DNA from: the human T2T-CHM13v2.0 reference genome, Homo sapiens
DNA: 64,000 nt
Reading direction: 5' to 3' (one strand)
NCBI RefSeq assembly: GCF_009914755.1
Contig: NC_060931.1
The position numbers were made by a program, and so were the translations under genes. This document shows, piece after piece, positions 1 to 20,170 of the stretch (position 1 is the stretch's first letter; every line of letters starts with the position of its first letter). The notes under the pieces were generated by a model. That model saw only the letters and a program-made list of their open reading frames with translations, was not told where the DNA came from and ran no database searches.

Positions 1-410
1 ACCTCCCACTGGATTCCTCCCACAACACATGGGAATTGTGGGAGTTTAAAATTCAAGGTGAGATTTCGATAGGGACAGAGCCAAACCATATCATTCTGCT
101 CCTGGCCCCTACCAAATGTCATGTTCTCACATTTCAAAAACGAATCATGGTTTCTCAATAGTCCCCCAAAGTCTTAACTCATTTCAGCATTAACTCAAAA
201 GTTCACAGTTCAGCATCTCATCTGAGACAAGGCAAGTCCCTTCTGCCTATGAGCCAGTTAGATCAAAAGCAAGTTAGTTACTTCCTAGATACAATAGGGG
301 TGCAGGTATTGGGTAAATACAGCCATTCCAAGTGGGAGAAATTGGCCAAAATGAAGGGGCTACAGGCCCCAAGCAAGTCTGAAATCCAGCAGAGCAGTCA
401 AATCTTAAAG
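1..410 (-). mobile_element. THE1/MST-type MaLR LTR end (1-93) plus adjoining internal sequence
   Basis: The reverse complement ending at 93 reads TGATATGGTTTGGCTCTGTCCC...AAATCTCACCTTGAATT, the recalled THE1 LTR start. 94-410 resembles MaLR internal sequence. Confidence 0.75.
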
Positions 411-577
411 TTTGTATATTTTTGAGCCACTTCAAACCAAGTGTCCTATAGATTTTGCTGAGGTTCTTATAGAAAATGTATTGAAAGCTGGTGGTTTGTT
501 AAGCCCAAAAAACAAACTTAACTTGTTTTACATGTGATCCCACGACACCTGGATTTGACCTTACTCTCTAATTGAAG

Positions 578-670
578 ATTACCAAAGCTGGATTTATTAT
601 AGAAGCAGAGCATAAGACAGTGCTCACTGAAGAACAAGTTGTCAACTTCTATAGTCGAATAGCAGACCAG
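578..670 (+). CDS. NME8: NME8 coding exon (probably exon 10), partial first NDK-like domain
   Basis: AG at 576-577, GT at 671. 93 nt, phase 0-0. Translates ITKAGFIIEAEHKTVLTEEQVVNFYSRIADQ, matching recalled NME8/TXNDC3. Confidence 0.95.
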
Positions 671-1214
671 GTATGAAAGTTAAAAAGAAAAAATCCTCTA
701 TGTGTTTAAATACAGTGGCCTCCATAAGCTTTAAATCTTTATTACAGAAAAGCAAATTAGTAAGTCTGAACAACTAAAATAAGCTCCTGGTGTCCCTGTT
801 GGTGTCCATATCATGGAGATGCCAATGATAGTGGCTCTGAAAAAAATCTTCGGTAGAAATAGTGGCTACCAAGCAAAACTGGATGGTCTGATTGTGTTTT
901 GTTGACATGAAGACCTCTTTATGTCAGGCCCTCCAAGAGCCCCTGCATCAGTCCTCTGGAAGTGAATATCCAGTCATTTTCTATTGATTTTTATTCTGGG
1001 TTGAAGGCTCTGTCACCAGCTTCACAAGAATGCTTTAATCTTTTCTTTACCTAAGGGCCTTTCTCTCAGGCTGCCCCCACCCCAACTGCCCCACTCCTGC
1101 CACCTCCCTACCCCACCAACTCTTTTTTGTCTGGGGATATAATATAATAAAGGCAGTGCTGTGTATTAGAAAGTGTACTGGCTTGGGAGTCAGGAGACCT
1201 CACTTCTAGAAATG

Positions 1215-1410
1215 AACTGTCCAATATGGTAGCTACTAGATACATGTGATCATTTGAATTTAAATTCATTAAGATTAAATTACATTAAAAATGTGAAGTC
1301 TCAGTTGCACTAGCCACATTTTAAGTGTTCAAATCCACATGTGGCTACTGTGTTGGAAAGGGCAGAAGAGCATGTACGTCATCACATACCATTCTACTGG
1401 ACATCACTTT
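1215..1410. mobile_element. MER3/MER33-like hAT-Charlie DNA transposon remnant
   Basis: Ends CTGTCCAATATGGTAGC...TTCTACTGGACA and internal GTTGCACTAGCCACATTTTAAGTG resemble the recalled consensus. Confidence 0.6.
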
Positions 1411-1489
1411 GTGGAACTGACTGCATCACTCATGCCATCTCTGTTGGCCCCGGCTTCCATGTGTGTAGAAAGAAAGGGTTATGCCAACT

Positions 1490-1640
1490 GTATTCGCATT
1501 AACTGTAAACTTCTGAGAAAATCCAATTCCTGGGCCCCACCTCAGACTTACTAAATCAGAAACTGTAGGATTGGGCTCCAGAAATATGTGTTTTAACAAG
1601 CCCCGTAGATGACTTGGAAACATCCTAAATTTGGGAATAT
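1490..1640. mobile_element. MER5A-like DNA transposon remnant
   Basis: Contains CCTGGGCCCCACCTCAGACTTACTAAATCAGAAACT...TGTGTTTTAACAAGCCC. Confidence 0.65.
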
Positions 1641-1745
1641 TGTTAGGTTACCTTTAAGATAAATTCCTACTAGCTTTGAACTTCTGCCACTTAAAAATGT
1701 AGGAGACTAGTGACTGGGAAGGGATAGGGAGAGATTTGTTAAAGA

Positions 1746-2476
1746 TGTGAACCAAAAGTATCTGAGACAGGTTGCAATCAATTTAGAAAGTTTATTTTGC
1801 CAAGGTTAAGGACACGCCCATGACACAGCCTCAGGAGGCCCTGATGACATGTTTCCAAGGTGGTCGGGGCACAGCTTGATTTTATACATTTTAGGGAGAC
1901 ATGAGACATCAATCAATATGTGTAATATGTACATTGGTTCTTCCTGGAGAGGTGGGACAACTTGAAGCAGGGTTGCTTCCAGGTCTTAGGTAGATAAGAG
2001 ACAATCAATAGCATTCTTCTGAGTCTCTGATGAGGCTTTCACTGAATACACGATTTACATGTGAGATGACATAGAGGAATAGTCACTTATGCCTTAGTCT
2101 TGCTTAGTGAATCTGCGTTTTTACATAAACAACTGAGCAGAGGAAGCCATCAGATGTGCATTTGTGTCTGGTGAGCAGCTGGATGACTTTTGGCTCTGTC
2201 TGTCCTCTGTCCCCTACCAGTGAAGATAAGCTATCAATTATCAATTTACATTGCCAGGGTGAAATCCAACAGAACTGTTTTAGGGTAAAGATCTTGAGGC
2301 CCACAAGGAATTTCCTTGTGGACAAATTATGAGGGAGGTATGTAGCTTTTTTTTTTTTAATCTTTGTAGCAATCTTATTTAGGAATAAAATGAGAGGCAC
2401 GTTTGCCTGATGGAGTTCCCAGCTTGACTTTTCCCTTTGGCTTAGTGATTTTGGGGTCCAAGAGATTTATTTTTCT
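1746..2476. mobile_element. MER4-family ERV1 solo LTR inserted into an L1MA-type 3' end
   Basis: Begins TGTGAACCAAAAGTATCTGAGACAGG...TTTATTTTGCCAAGGTTAAGGAC. The flanks (about 1700-1745 and 2477-2580) rejoin as an L1 3' end (GGGAGAGATTTGTTAAAG/GATACAAA). Confidence 0.7.
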
Positions 2477-2754
2477 AAGGATACAAATTTACCCTGCGCT
2501 GGTTATTATACATTTTCTTTATTGAAACATCACTATGTCCCCCATGAATATATGCAATTATTTTTCAATAAAAAGCAAAAATAAAAACCCCCAAACAATA
2601 AAAATGTATTGTTAACAGGAGATTTATAAGAGTAACATTCCTTTGCCCAGGGACCATGGAGAGGGAAGATTTCATTTGACTTGGGTAGTGACCACCATTT
2701 TAGTCCATCCATTTCAGGAGCCTGAAGGAAACAGTTTATCATTTTATTTTGTAG

Positions 2755-2951
2755 CGTGACTTCGAAGAGTTTGTCTCTTTTATGACAAGTGGCTTAAGCT
2801 ATATTCTAGTTGTATCTCAAGGAAGTAAACACAATCCTCCCTCTGAAGAAACCGAACCACAGACTGACACCGAACCTAACGAACGATCTGAGGATCAACC
2901 TGAGGTCGAAGCCCAGGTTACACCTGGAATGATGAAGAACAAACAAGACAG
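2755..2951 (+). CDS. NME8: NME8 coding exon (probably exon 11): end of NDK-like domain 1 plus acidic linker
   Basis: TTTTGTAG|CGT acceptor, AG|GTATAG donor. 197 nt. Translates RDFEEFVSFMTSGLSYILVVSQGSKHNPPSEETEPQ...KNKQD. Confidence 0.95.
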
Positions 2952-3159
2952 GTATAGCTCAAGACCAGGAATTGTGTTACTTGCAATGTGTTATTGGGTA
3001 ATGAAGCGTAGTGTAGGCACCTCAGTACCTAAGGGCAAATGTTTTTATGTTAAAGGCATAAGTATTTCTTCCAGTCAACCTAACATACTGTATATTCAGA
3101 AGAGCTGTGTGCCAGGTGAAGTGTCAGATACCTGGCATTGGAAAAAGTAGTTGGCTTGT

Positions 3160-3620
3160 GGGTTGTAGGGTAGTAAGAATTTACAGATGACAGTGTAGGT
3201 TTGAAAGAAAAGTTTTGTTAGATAGAAAGAGCACTGCAGAAGAGTGCAGCGGGGCTCCTCAGTGAGAGAGGACTGAGCTCGCCATGGTGGATTTTTGTTT
3301 AGGGATATTTATGGACCTTAAAGCTGGAGCTTAAGGGTAATTTGGACCTTATTAGCCACACAGGTCATGATAAATAATTGCACTTGTAGACATGTTGGTG
3401 CCTTGATGTCAGCAAGGGTTGCACAATGAGTTTGAACATGCATGCATTCCGGAGATGTATAGAAATTCTAGTTACTTATAACTTTTTTTTAAGCCTGGTA
3501 CCAGATGCCAGCTTTAAATAATAGGGAAGTCTAGTTACTTCTAAATTCCTCAGATAAGGAGTTTTGCCTCTGGATAGTCAGCTTGGTGGCCCTCAGGTGA
3601 TCTTTGCTCCCCTCACTGTG
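3160..3620. mobile_element. Probable ERV1-class LTR, subfamily not determined
   Basis: Composition and motifs resemble MER-type ERV1 LTRs. Recall only. Confidence 0.4.
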
Positions 3621-5193
3621 ACTGCCCTGAAAGTTTATGTCAAGAACACTAGAAAGGGAGGCCTTTTCCCTGTTTGTCTTCCTAGAGCTGGGCATACCAG
3701 TCTGGCCACAAGGGCTGGGGCTTGAAGGGTGTATTGGAACCATGTATAATCCCTGCCAACTCAGTCTCCTCTCCCATCTCCCCACCTTCCCCTTCCACCT
3801 TCCCGGTGCCCTAAAAACATGAAACATGCACTTTTACTTTAGATGGTTTGTGGTTACAAATTACTGAGAACAAAACGGTTGTATATTTTTTGTTGATGGA
3901 TTTTAAAATATTAGAAAATGGATATAAATAATTTGTAGAATGTTGGTTTTATGCGCTGCTGTTTGCGCCTGTTATTCCTCTGAAGACTCAGAGAATGGAG
4001 AGTGTAACAAAGCAGTTGTCAGGCTGCACCGGAAAGAAAGTCAGGTGAGCAAGAACATACTTAGAGTATCTGAGCCTTGAGGCTTCCTGGGATGTGTCTC
4101 CCCGTGCTTGGCAGCCCATCTCCATTGCATTTTCTGGCTGAGACTATCCAGAATGTCCCTTGTTGGTCCTTCTTGACTTATTAATGAATCATAGTGGCTT
4201 TTCTTGGGTGCCTACCTCTGTTGGCTCCCAGTGATGCCATATTTTTAGGAAGTGGGAGATCCTAATATCATTAATTCCAAGTTGTACGCAGGATAAAGGA
4301 ACTCATAAGGTAAATCCTGCTGGCAAGGAGCTTTTTAAACAGTAGCAGTTACTTTCAGGGTTTTAAGGGAAAATAATAATGAGTGGGCTGAGGGAAGGTT
4401 TGTTGGGTAGGGTGTGTTAAGTTTAAAAAGATACCAGATTTTATCCTAGAAATTTTGAGCCATTCAAAAAACAAAAAGCGTTCTACGAAGCACTCATTAA
4501 TGTGACGAGTGAAGTCATCATTCCATGGGGCTATTGTTTAGGTAGTAAACCTCCATTACAACCAACTTTGAGAAGCTCCAATTGTCCAATACTCGCATGA
4601 CACCATGGACAATTTAGGCATGTTAATTGGCATGTCAGAAGGAAATGCCAGCAGCTCTCCCTCCAGAACAAGGGCAAGCACTATAGGGGCCAGATCAGAG
4701 TGAAATGAAATGTGTACACCTTGCTCTGGCACAGTCTACAGTATTTCCTTTCTAAACTTAGAGTCCCCATGTGCCTTTGGCCCATGTTTATCCCAAGCTG
4801 GCCACAGCAGACAGCATGGGACAGTGTGGAGCATGCTTGTTTGGTGTGCTCGGGCTCAGAAACTGATACTCAAAATATGGCGCTTTGACATGCTGAACTG
4901 AAAAAGCCTCACAATCTCTCTGACTTGCCCCAGCACTCCCGGCCAGCAGTCTCTCTCAAAGCACAGGATGAAGCTGAATTTCTTTTATCTGCCTAAGATC
5001 CTCAGATCCGACAGGAACAATTATTTTTCTTCCTCTCCCTATAAGACCAAGAATGTAACCACATCTGAACGGAGATAGTGTACAAGTTAATTTCTGTGCG
5101 TTGGTCCATTCATTCTCCCTCGTCATCCTTTACTGTCCTTCAACAGAATTCTTCTCCCTGCTCCCATTACCTGTTTTGCCAGATGGTCTATAA

Positions 5194-5742
<549 letters not shown>

Positions 5743-7559
5743 CTATAGGCTTCTGAACCTCATTGCAGGGTGGGTACTCACTCTGTGGTTCTCTCTGTGT
5801 ACATGTTAATCAAATTTGTCTGCTTTTTCTCCAACTAATATACTTTTTGTCTGTTGATGCCCGTTGGTTTTTCAGTAAAACTTGAGAGGACAGAGGGGAA
5901 GCTTTCCCCTGACTTCTATAATGCTTGTTCTTATTTTCACAGCTCTTGCTCTGGAGGGAGGGCCTGATAGGCACTGTCACTTCCATGTGACATCTTTCAA
6001 GTAGGTCCAGAATCTAAAGGAATAAGGACAAAAAACTCTCATGCGTAATTTATTCAGTTGTTCACTTTCACTCTTTATTGCCCCCTCTCCCCTATCTCCC
6101 AGCCTGCTCACTCTCCTCTCTGGGTGGTGGGGATGGAGAGGGTGAGACAGGAGAGAAGTTAAAAGCAGAGCAATTGAACTGGGAGTGATTGGTGACCCCT
6201 CTGCGTACAGAGCAGCGGAGTCCCAGAGCTTTATTGGCTGGTTATTCCTGTGGAGACAAACACTCACAGCTTATGAATTCACATGCTGTGGGGAAACTCT
6301 CTCCATGCCATCGATGGTCTGCCTGCTCCAGTGGCTGCAGAAGGGTGGGGGAAGAGCCAGGGAAACAGGGCAGAGGTACCCATGTTTGTCATTCACATTC
6401 CAGCTTCTTTCATGATGGCTTTTTATTACATTATTTACATGTCTGTCTCTTTAATCAGCCTGTTTTAAGAAATCAAAGGATAGTGTAATTTATCTTTGCT
6501 TTCCAGTCTTTCTACAGATCAGGAAGGTGTGGTTCCATTAGCTACATTGCTCAGAGTCACACAGGTAGTAACTGGCAGAGTCTTCTCATTCATTCACTTA
6601 TTCTGTTATGTGTTGATTCATTCATCTAGTATTTATTAAAGACCTACTATATGCCAAATCCTAGAGATACAAAGATGGGGAAGAATTAGATGATGACCTC
6701 TGAGCTCACTTTCAGTTTAAGTCTTTATGACAGAGTGAAGGTGACATTTCCAACCACCTCTACTATATTGTATTCCTCTGTCCATAGAAAATATCTATTC
6801 TCTTCTCAGTAGCCTCTCTATTTGTCCCTATACATGTCATAGCTATAGGGAGCTTAATTTTTTCCTTTATGATATTCTCATTTAAATTAAACATAATAGA
6901 TACAATTCCTAAAATAATCCTTAAAAGTATTTCCGGGATCAGGGAAGTCTGAATGCTATACCCTGACTCTACTCCCATCTGCAAAGCTTTCTTTCCTCTC
7001 CATAGTCAAAGGGAAGCTTAACTGATAAGCAGCTGGCTGTCAGTGAGGTCTGGAGCTCTGTTCAGGTCCCTAGGGCAGGAGAAGATGAGGGTGGTGTGGT
7101 GTTTTCTCCACCGAGAGTTTGGGGAGCTCCTGAACTCCCCAGAAAACAAGGACCTGCAGACAACCACAGACCCTGAGAATAACAGACTTGTGGACTTCAC
7201 TGAGACTTCCTGACTCCTAAAGGGCCAGGATAGAACTGAGTAGAATTATTGAATTCCTTGCCCTAGCTAGGTCTCTGGGGGCTTTTCCTGATTGCCCCTG
7301 CAGAAGAATAATGACCCACTGTCTTCTAAAGCACAAGCTTGTAGAGGTCATCTTGCCTTCCAACTACAGGGTTTCCAACACATATCAAAAATCAGACCTA
7401 AGCCCCAGTGAGCCATCAAGGAAAAATGAGTACCTGCCTAAGGGAGACTGGCAGCCAGAGAAAGGAAGGCCTGTACAAAAATCACAACACAAGTCTAGTG
7501 AAAAAGAACTGCTTAGAGACAGAAAAACCCTTAAATAAAATAACAATAAAAAAAGGACT

Positions 7560-8582
<1,023 letters not shown>

Positions 8583-10975
8583 TCACAGAAAATGAAGTAG
8601 TTTTTGCTTTTTGAAAGCTTTAATTTTTGAAGATTTGTCCATGATGTTCTCAAAATTGATCTCCACTCTATGTTTAATAGAAAAAGATAGGTGAAATTCC
8701 CATTTTACAGTACATTGCAGAAATTGCAATAATGCCAATAGCTTTGTTGTTTTTGGATTGATTCTATGTAGAGCACCATGTACAGCACACTACTTATGAA
8801 AGGATAAGTAATGAATATGTGTGAACTCCAAGAGTACATAGGCGCATTATCACTAATGTTGATTAGGAGTGCTGGTACATGGCGCTGATAAAAAGCAACC
8901 AGACTTTTAATTGGTTTTATTACTGATTTAAAATTGCACTTGCACTTTAGTTGGATCCCTTCCACCAACTGCATACTTGGCAGCAATTGAGAATAAGTCA
9001 CTTACAAGGGAAAAATACTTGACTGCCATAGGGCTCATTTTAGGGCTACTGGAAGAAAAAGACTGCAACCCCTGCATTCTTACAAAGCTAAGATATTTAC
9101 CTGGTAGAGCAAATGAAGATCTTCAAGGACATACTTAGCAATATATCACCTATATACTCCTTCTGTGGAAAATATGTGAGGATATACTCAACCAAATCAA
9201 AAATATGGGAGGAAAAAAAAGAAAAACAGTTCGTAACAGTGAACCTTGGAATCTCTGAACACACACACAGACACATACAGTCCATAATTCTGGGTTTTAT
9301 AATATAACAGCTGATGAAGGACTCTAGAAATAGAAGAAAATTCTTCTAGATTCTAAATTATCTCAACAAAACCTAGAAGTTTCTGGGTGTATGTGGCAAA
9401 ATGGTTCAAAGATCAAGAAGGCAGTATTTTGACAGTTGTATTTTGAGGTTCTTATTTGCAGAAAGGGCATAAATGGAGTATTAAAGTTGGGAGATAGTGT
9501 GTCAGAATGCAAGAAATATTTGGGACATACGCATCTGACAACAGGGGCAGGAAAAAGACAATAAACATTAATGCAGTGGATAAGTATAGTAAAACTTCCA
9601 CATTAACAAGGGAAAAACATGGAATGAAGAGCAGTTTGCTCAGACCAGCAAAATAAGGGGAAAAAAGAAGAAACCTCAATTTAAAATAAATAGTCTAGAT
9701 AAAGTAAGATGAAAAAAATAAAGTCAAGAATATGGCTATTAGGCTAACTATGAAAAGGTTAATTTTCCCGTCACATATAGACATTACTAGGTAAAGGTTA
9801 AAAAAACCTAATTTAAAAACCATCATATTAATGATGTGCACAAGAATCATCATTGGGTTTAAAAATATTGTGTGAAAAATATATACACAGTTTCATATAA
9901 TGTCCTTAGAGATTACTTATTAATTATAAGGGGAAAATTGTAGCTTTTCAGTAGATAAAATGGGGGGATATCAACTACATTAATATCACCAATAATGGGA
10001 AAAACTGACATCATACACCTCCTATGTGATGGAGCAAGTAACGGACCAAGAAGGACGCAGGCTCATGAAGATAGTTTTCCTGCCAAAGGTTCATAACCAG
10101 AATGTAATAGGAAACTACTGGGCCATCCAATAGTTTGAAACCATCCAAAATGAAGGGAAGTCTACAAACAACTGTCCTGGACTCTTCAACATATCAATAT
10201 CATGAAAGACAAAAGAGGTTGAGTCGCTGTTGGAGATAAAAGCAAATTAAGGAGATGGGACAACTACATGCAGTATATAATCCTGGATTAATATAAAAAT
10301 TACTACAGATAAGATGGTATTAGAAAATTGGTGAAAATTGAATACGGACTGTTTATGAGGTAATAATTTTGTATTAATGTAATATTTCCTGAAGTATTTA
10401 GAGGTGAATGGTTAAAATATCTGCAGCTTACTCTCAAATGGATCTGCCAAGACACACACACACACACACCCACACAGCCCCCCATAGCCCCCACACACAT
10501 TGGGGGATGAAAGCAGGAGACAGAGAGAACAAATATGGGACAGTGTTAACAGTTGGTGAACCTAGATGAAGGGTGTAAATGGGAGTTCTTTGTCCTAGTC
10601 TTGCAACTTTTCTATTAATTTAATTTTTTTCAAAATAAAAAATTTAAACAACTTTTCTCATCTATATTCTGTTTAGAAAAAAAAAAGATGAAAATAAAGG
10701 GATGGCCAAAAAATAGCCAGGAAAAATAAAGTATTAACACTGATCATTAAAATTGCTAAATTTGATAAAGACACGATGTAGAAGGCAACATTTATGACAA
10801 TACGGCACCCAAAAAAAGAAAAAATTGTGGCCCCACCAACATAACGGCTAAGTACCTAAGGAGGGAATTACTGGAAAAGTAAGGAGAACTGGAAAAAATA
10901 CCTGCTAGCAGACAAGAATAAGTAAGGATGAGAGGAATTAAAAATACATATTCCATAAATAATATATAATAAATT

Positions 10976-11313
<338 letters not shown>

Positions 11314-11881
11314 AATTATCTATAATATATGAAACATAAACATATATACAACCTTACACATTACAAATAATTTTTTCTTTTACACAAAGAATACCTCAAC
11401 AAATTTTTAATCAAAATTTTACCACATATATTTTTCTGATTATAATCCAATAAAATTGGAAATAAACAATAAAAAGGTAATTGGAAATGTTCATTTGAAA
11501 ATATGAAATGCACTTTTAGATAACCCTTAGTTCAAAGACAAGATTAAAAAGAAAATTAAAAACTATCTGGAAAGTTCTACATAGGGAAAAGAAAAATTTT
11601 TCCTTAAAAACACAAAATTTTATTTTGATCTTTGTTTATTCTCTCATAAAGTCAAACATAGATAATATCATGTAAGTAATTTTTGTAGTGGGCTCAATAA
11701 AAAGTTGAATTAAGTATCATATTCTTGGATATAATAGGGAGATGCAATTTATCTTTACATGACATTTAATTTTTGTTTTATTAAACTTCTAGTAATTTCT
11801 GAACATATCAGATTTAATTTGTTGGCATGGTTATAAACCTCAGTTTATAATAATCTTAAATTATATTTTGGATTTTGACAG

Positions 11882-12057
11882 TTTACAAGAATATCTGGAA
11901 AGACAACATTTAGCTCAGCTCTGTGACATTGAAGAGGATGCAGCTAATGTTGCTAAGTTCATGGATGCTTTCTTCCCCGATTTTAAAAAAATGAAAAGCA
12001 TGAAATTAGAAAAGACATTGGCATTACTTCGACCAAATCTCTTTCATGAAAGGAAAG
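11882..12057 (+). CDS. NME8: NME8 coding exon (probably exon 12), start of NDK domain 2
   Basis: GACAG|T acceptor, G|GTAGGG donor. 176 nt, phase 2-1. Translates (S)LQEYLERQHLAQLCD...LEKTLALLRPNLFHERK. Confidence 0.95.
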
Positions 12058-12699
12058 GTAGGGAATCAAGCATAAATTGTTTAAGTATTTTATATAGATG
12101 AGATTTGAATAAACCCTAGTATAATTGCATTTAAAGACATTGTTTTAAAATTTAACATTGAAGAAAACGCACCTTAAGAAATTAATGTATTAACTTACTA
12201 ATATCTTAATAGTGAATAAAACATATTTGTAGCTGAAGAGTTTACAAGGTATTTTCTAATCTGTGAATTTGTTAGAGTAGATTTTAACATTGCAGGAATT
12301 ATTACATAATAAAGATTTAAAGCTTCTATGTCTGAAATGCCCCAATTCAAAGCTTGGATCTACCATAACTGATAGTGTGACTTGAACAAGATATTTTACC
12401 AAGATTATTTCTTCACGTGTAAAATTCAGAACATTAAAATGAGAAAACACAAATAAAGTACCTGGCACATAAAGAGTTAGTTCTTTTTAATCTCATCCCA
12501 TATTCTTATAGCAGAGTGAATATGGCAGAACAAGAACACAAGTCATAAATTAACACTATTCATTCTTTTTTTATATCTAATATATGGAAACATAATTACC
12601 ATTAATATTTATATATTGGCCTTTTATTCTCTGACTTGTCCAACTACCTAGGAGCTTTCTAGGAGCTTTGACGTAGTTTCCTTGGCATTTCTATGTAGA

Positions 12700-12950
12700 C
12701 CAGGATTTCTCAACCTCAGACCGGCTTACATTTTGGGCCAGATCATTCTTTGTCCAGGGTGGAGGATTGACTGTGTTATGTGCATTGTAAAATGTGTAGC
12801 AGCATCCTTGGCCTCTACTCACTAAAAGTCAGTATCATACCCCCCTTCCCCTCTGCCCCACCTCTCAAATTGTGACAACGTCAAAAATGTCTCTGGAGGT
12901 TGCCAAATGCCCTTTGTAGGGCAAAATCTCTCCGGCTGAGAATCATTGAT
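12700..12950. mobile_element. MER20 DNA transposon
   Basis: CAGGATTTCTCAACCTCAG...AGCATCCTTGGCCTCTACTCACTA...AAAAATGTCTC...TGAGAATCATTG. Confidence 0.8.
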
Positions 12951-12959
12951 ATACACAGT

Positions 12960-17030
<4,071 letters not shown>

Positions 17031-17255
17031 GCTTGGTTTTTGTTCCTTTGTAGATAATTCAGTTTTTGTTGTTGGTGGTTGTGGCTTGATTTATTTAGAT
17101 ACTTGCAAAATATTTTCCCTTTATTTTTGCTCAATTGTTTTTCAAGATTGTATAGATATCTAAGAATGAACTGATCTTTACACATTTATTTAACTATTAA
17201 GCACCTTACTTAGAAATTTGCCTGTGATTGATGAGAAGTAAGGTATCAAGGTGTG

Positions 17256-17700
<445 letters not shown>

Positions 17701-18985
17701 GGTCAACAAGGTGTTCGGGGCTTTGAAGTATGATTTTTTTATGCATCAGGTTATTCCATGAAACTTCTATGCAATTGCTAGACACCTTTATCTAGAACCA
17801 GGAATTCTGTGTGTCTTCATACCTGTCACCAAATATGGCATCAGATAGTGTCACTGGAATGCTTGAAAGGATGTTTGAAAATTCTCATGGACATAGTGCA
17901 AGCAAAATAAAATATTTATTATTATATTCATCATGGAATTTAGAGTGAAGCAAAGAAACTCAATGCCGTCTTGCAAATAAGGCATACTCACCAATATTTT
18001 TTCAATTTATCCGTTGGACGGTGAGGACCCTCTCTACACCTGGTTTATAATTCCTTTGTGATCACCTAATGAGAGAGTGCAAATTAGGGAAGGCAATCTC
18101 CAGGATTCTCAAGGATTGACAATCGACCTACTCTCCCATTAAATCTACTTTCTTTAGCTTTATGCAGATTTACCTTCCCTGAATATTTTTCCTGAGCTTT
18201 TATCGTGAGTCATTTCAAGAAGCTGTTAACATTATATGGCAATTGCTTGGGGATTGGTTGTCACTTTTTAAACTGTGGTCATCAGGTACCCTCATTTGAG
18301 AAATCTTTTTACAAAATTAGTAATTTAAAAAAAACTTCAGTGTCTTCTAAGAATTTATATGATTCCACTTTTTCAACTTTCAAGAGCTATATATCCTGTG
18401 TTTTCCTTTCTTTTCTGTGAGGTAGTTCTGAAGCAAATTATTTCTTAAACTGTATTAACATGCATGATACTTTGTTTTATTCTTTCCTTACAATTGTTTG
18501 CTTAGTTCTACTTTATTCACTCTATTTCCTGTTTTTTGGCCTCGATAAGGAGCTTAAGGCTGTTCAAGATCTTAGTCAATATTTGTGCTTTTGACTTATC
18601 CTTCTTTGTCACAAGATGACCTGCACAGCTCCAAAGATCATGTCCCTCAAACATTCAAAAGCAGGAAGCAGAAGATGGTGTAGGACAGAGGTTCTCCCCG
18701 AGTGCCTCTCTCAGAAGAGTCCCCAGTGTATTTCCTATAAATATCATTGACCATAGCTGGATCACACTGCCACACTTTCTGTAAGGAAGGATGGAGGTGT
18801 GAGTATTGGATTTTCTAGGCTTCTGTAGTGGGAAGTAGGCAAGAGAGAAGAAGGTTGAGAAATACCTTCAGGTATTCAATCACCTTGTTTATCCCCAAAT
18901 GGGACAAATCAAATCATGGTTATTGAACATAAAAATTATTTGCAATGACTTCCATAATTGTGTTGGTTGATTATTTAGGTTACTG

Positions 18986-18987
<2 letters not shown>

Positions 18988-19019
<32 letters not shown>
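18988..19019. repeat. (CA)n microsatellite
   Basis: About 15-16 uninterrupted AC units. Confidence 0.95.
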
Positions 19020-19022
<3 letters not shown>

Positions 19023-19328
19023 ACTCACATTCACATGCATACACCCAAGAAAAAGATTTAATGAGATACCTGTGTGTGTGTGTTGTATATGTGTATGTGT
19101 GTGCATGCATGATTCCTATACGATGAAAAATTGGAAATAGCATCATAATGAGATGTTAAGAGATACTATTCACCTTAAATTAAAACCTAAGAAGGTATTT
19201 CTGCAAACTTTCAAAATTTCGTATGAGAATAAAGTGCATTGTATGCCCTCATGATAGTATATTATGTATTGTGTACATAACCAGTAATCTACCAGTTTAA
19301 AACTTATTATGTAACTGTTTTTATTTAG

Positions 19329-19473
19329 ATGATGTTTTGCGTATTATTAAAGATGAAGACTTCAAAATACTGGAGCAAAGACAAGTAGTATTATCGGAAA
19401 AAGAAGCACAAGCACTGTGCAAGGAATATGAAAATGAAGACTATTTTAATAAACTTATAGAAAACATGACCAG
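19329..19473 (+). CDS. NME8: NME8 coding exon (probably exon 13), NDK domain 2
   Basis: TTTAG|AT acceptor, AG|GTAGAA donor. 145 nt, phase 1-2. Translates (D)DVLRIIKDEDFKILEQRQVVLSEKEAQALCKEYENEDYFNKLIENMT(S). Confidence 0.95.
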
Positions 19474-20170
19474 GTAGAATCCAGGTTGAGAAAATTCAGT
19501 CTGATTTATTTTTGAATCATGTAAACTTTCTCTTAAGTCTGGTTTCTATTTAAGCTGCCAAACTCCTCAAGTCTGTAAACATGTTCTGAGTTTACTTCTC
19601 TACCAGTCCTGCTCCCATCCCAATCCTCTGCTCACCTGCCTGTCTTCTCTAGTCTTCCTGGAATGTTACTGGAATAGTAGGAAGGTCTCAGAGGAAGTTA
19701 CTGGAGTCCCATTGAGTTGAACACCAGAAGTCCAGGGTGTACAATACTATGAAGTTTAAGCAGAGAACTGACTGACTCTCAAGAGCTTTTGTAATCTTAT
19801 AGTTAACTAGTTCTAGGAAAGAATGAGTTGCTAGAAATGTGCTGGGTTTCTTTCTAGAAGAATGACTGAAATAGCAATTGAGGCTGAAATCCTGCAAGGG
19901 CATATAAACCAGCAGGACCATGGGAACAATGAAAGAAACATCTACAAGAATCATGGCACTCCCCTTCCCTTCCTTTCCCTGCTTCTATTCTTTTATAGAT
20001 ATGCTCTTGAAAACATATCAACGGAAAAAAATCACAGACCTCTGTTAAAAGATTATTTTACATGTTACATGTTTTTGATCTATTTAACAATATGCATTTG
20101 TATTGCCTATACATAATTAGCTACTGAGCTACACTTCTTATTACCTCTTCTTTGTTTTCTTTTCTAATAG

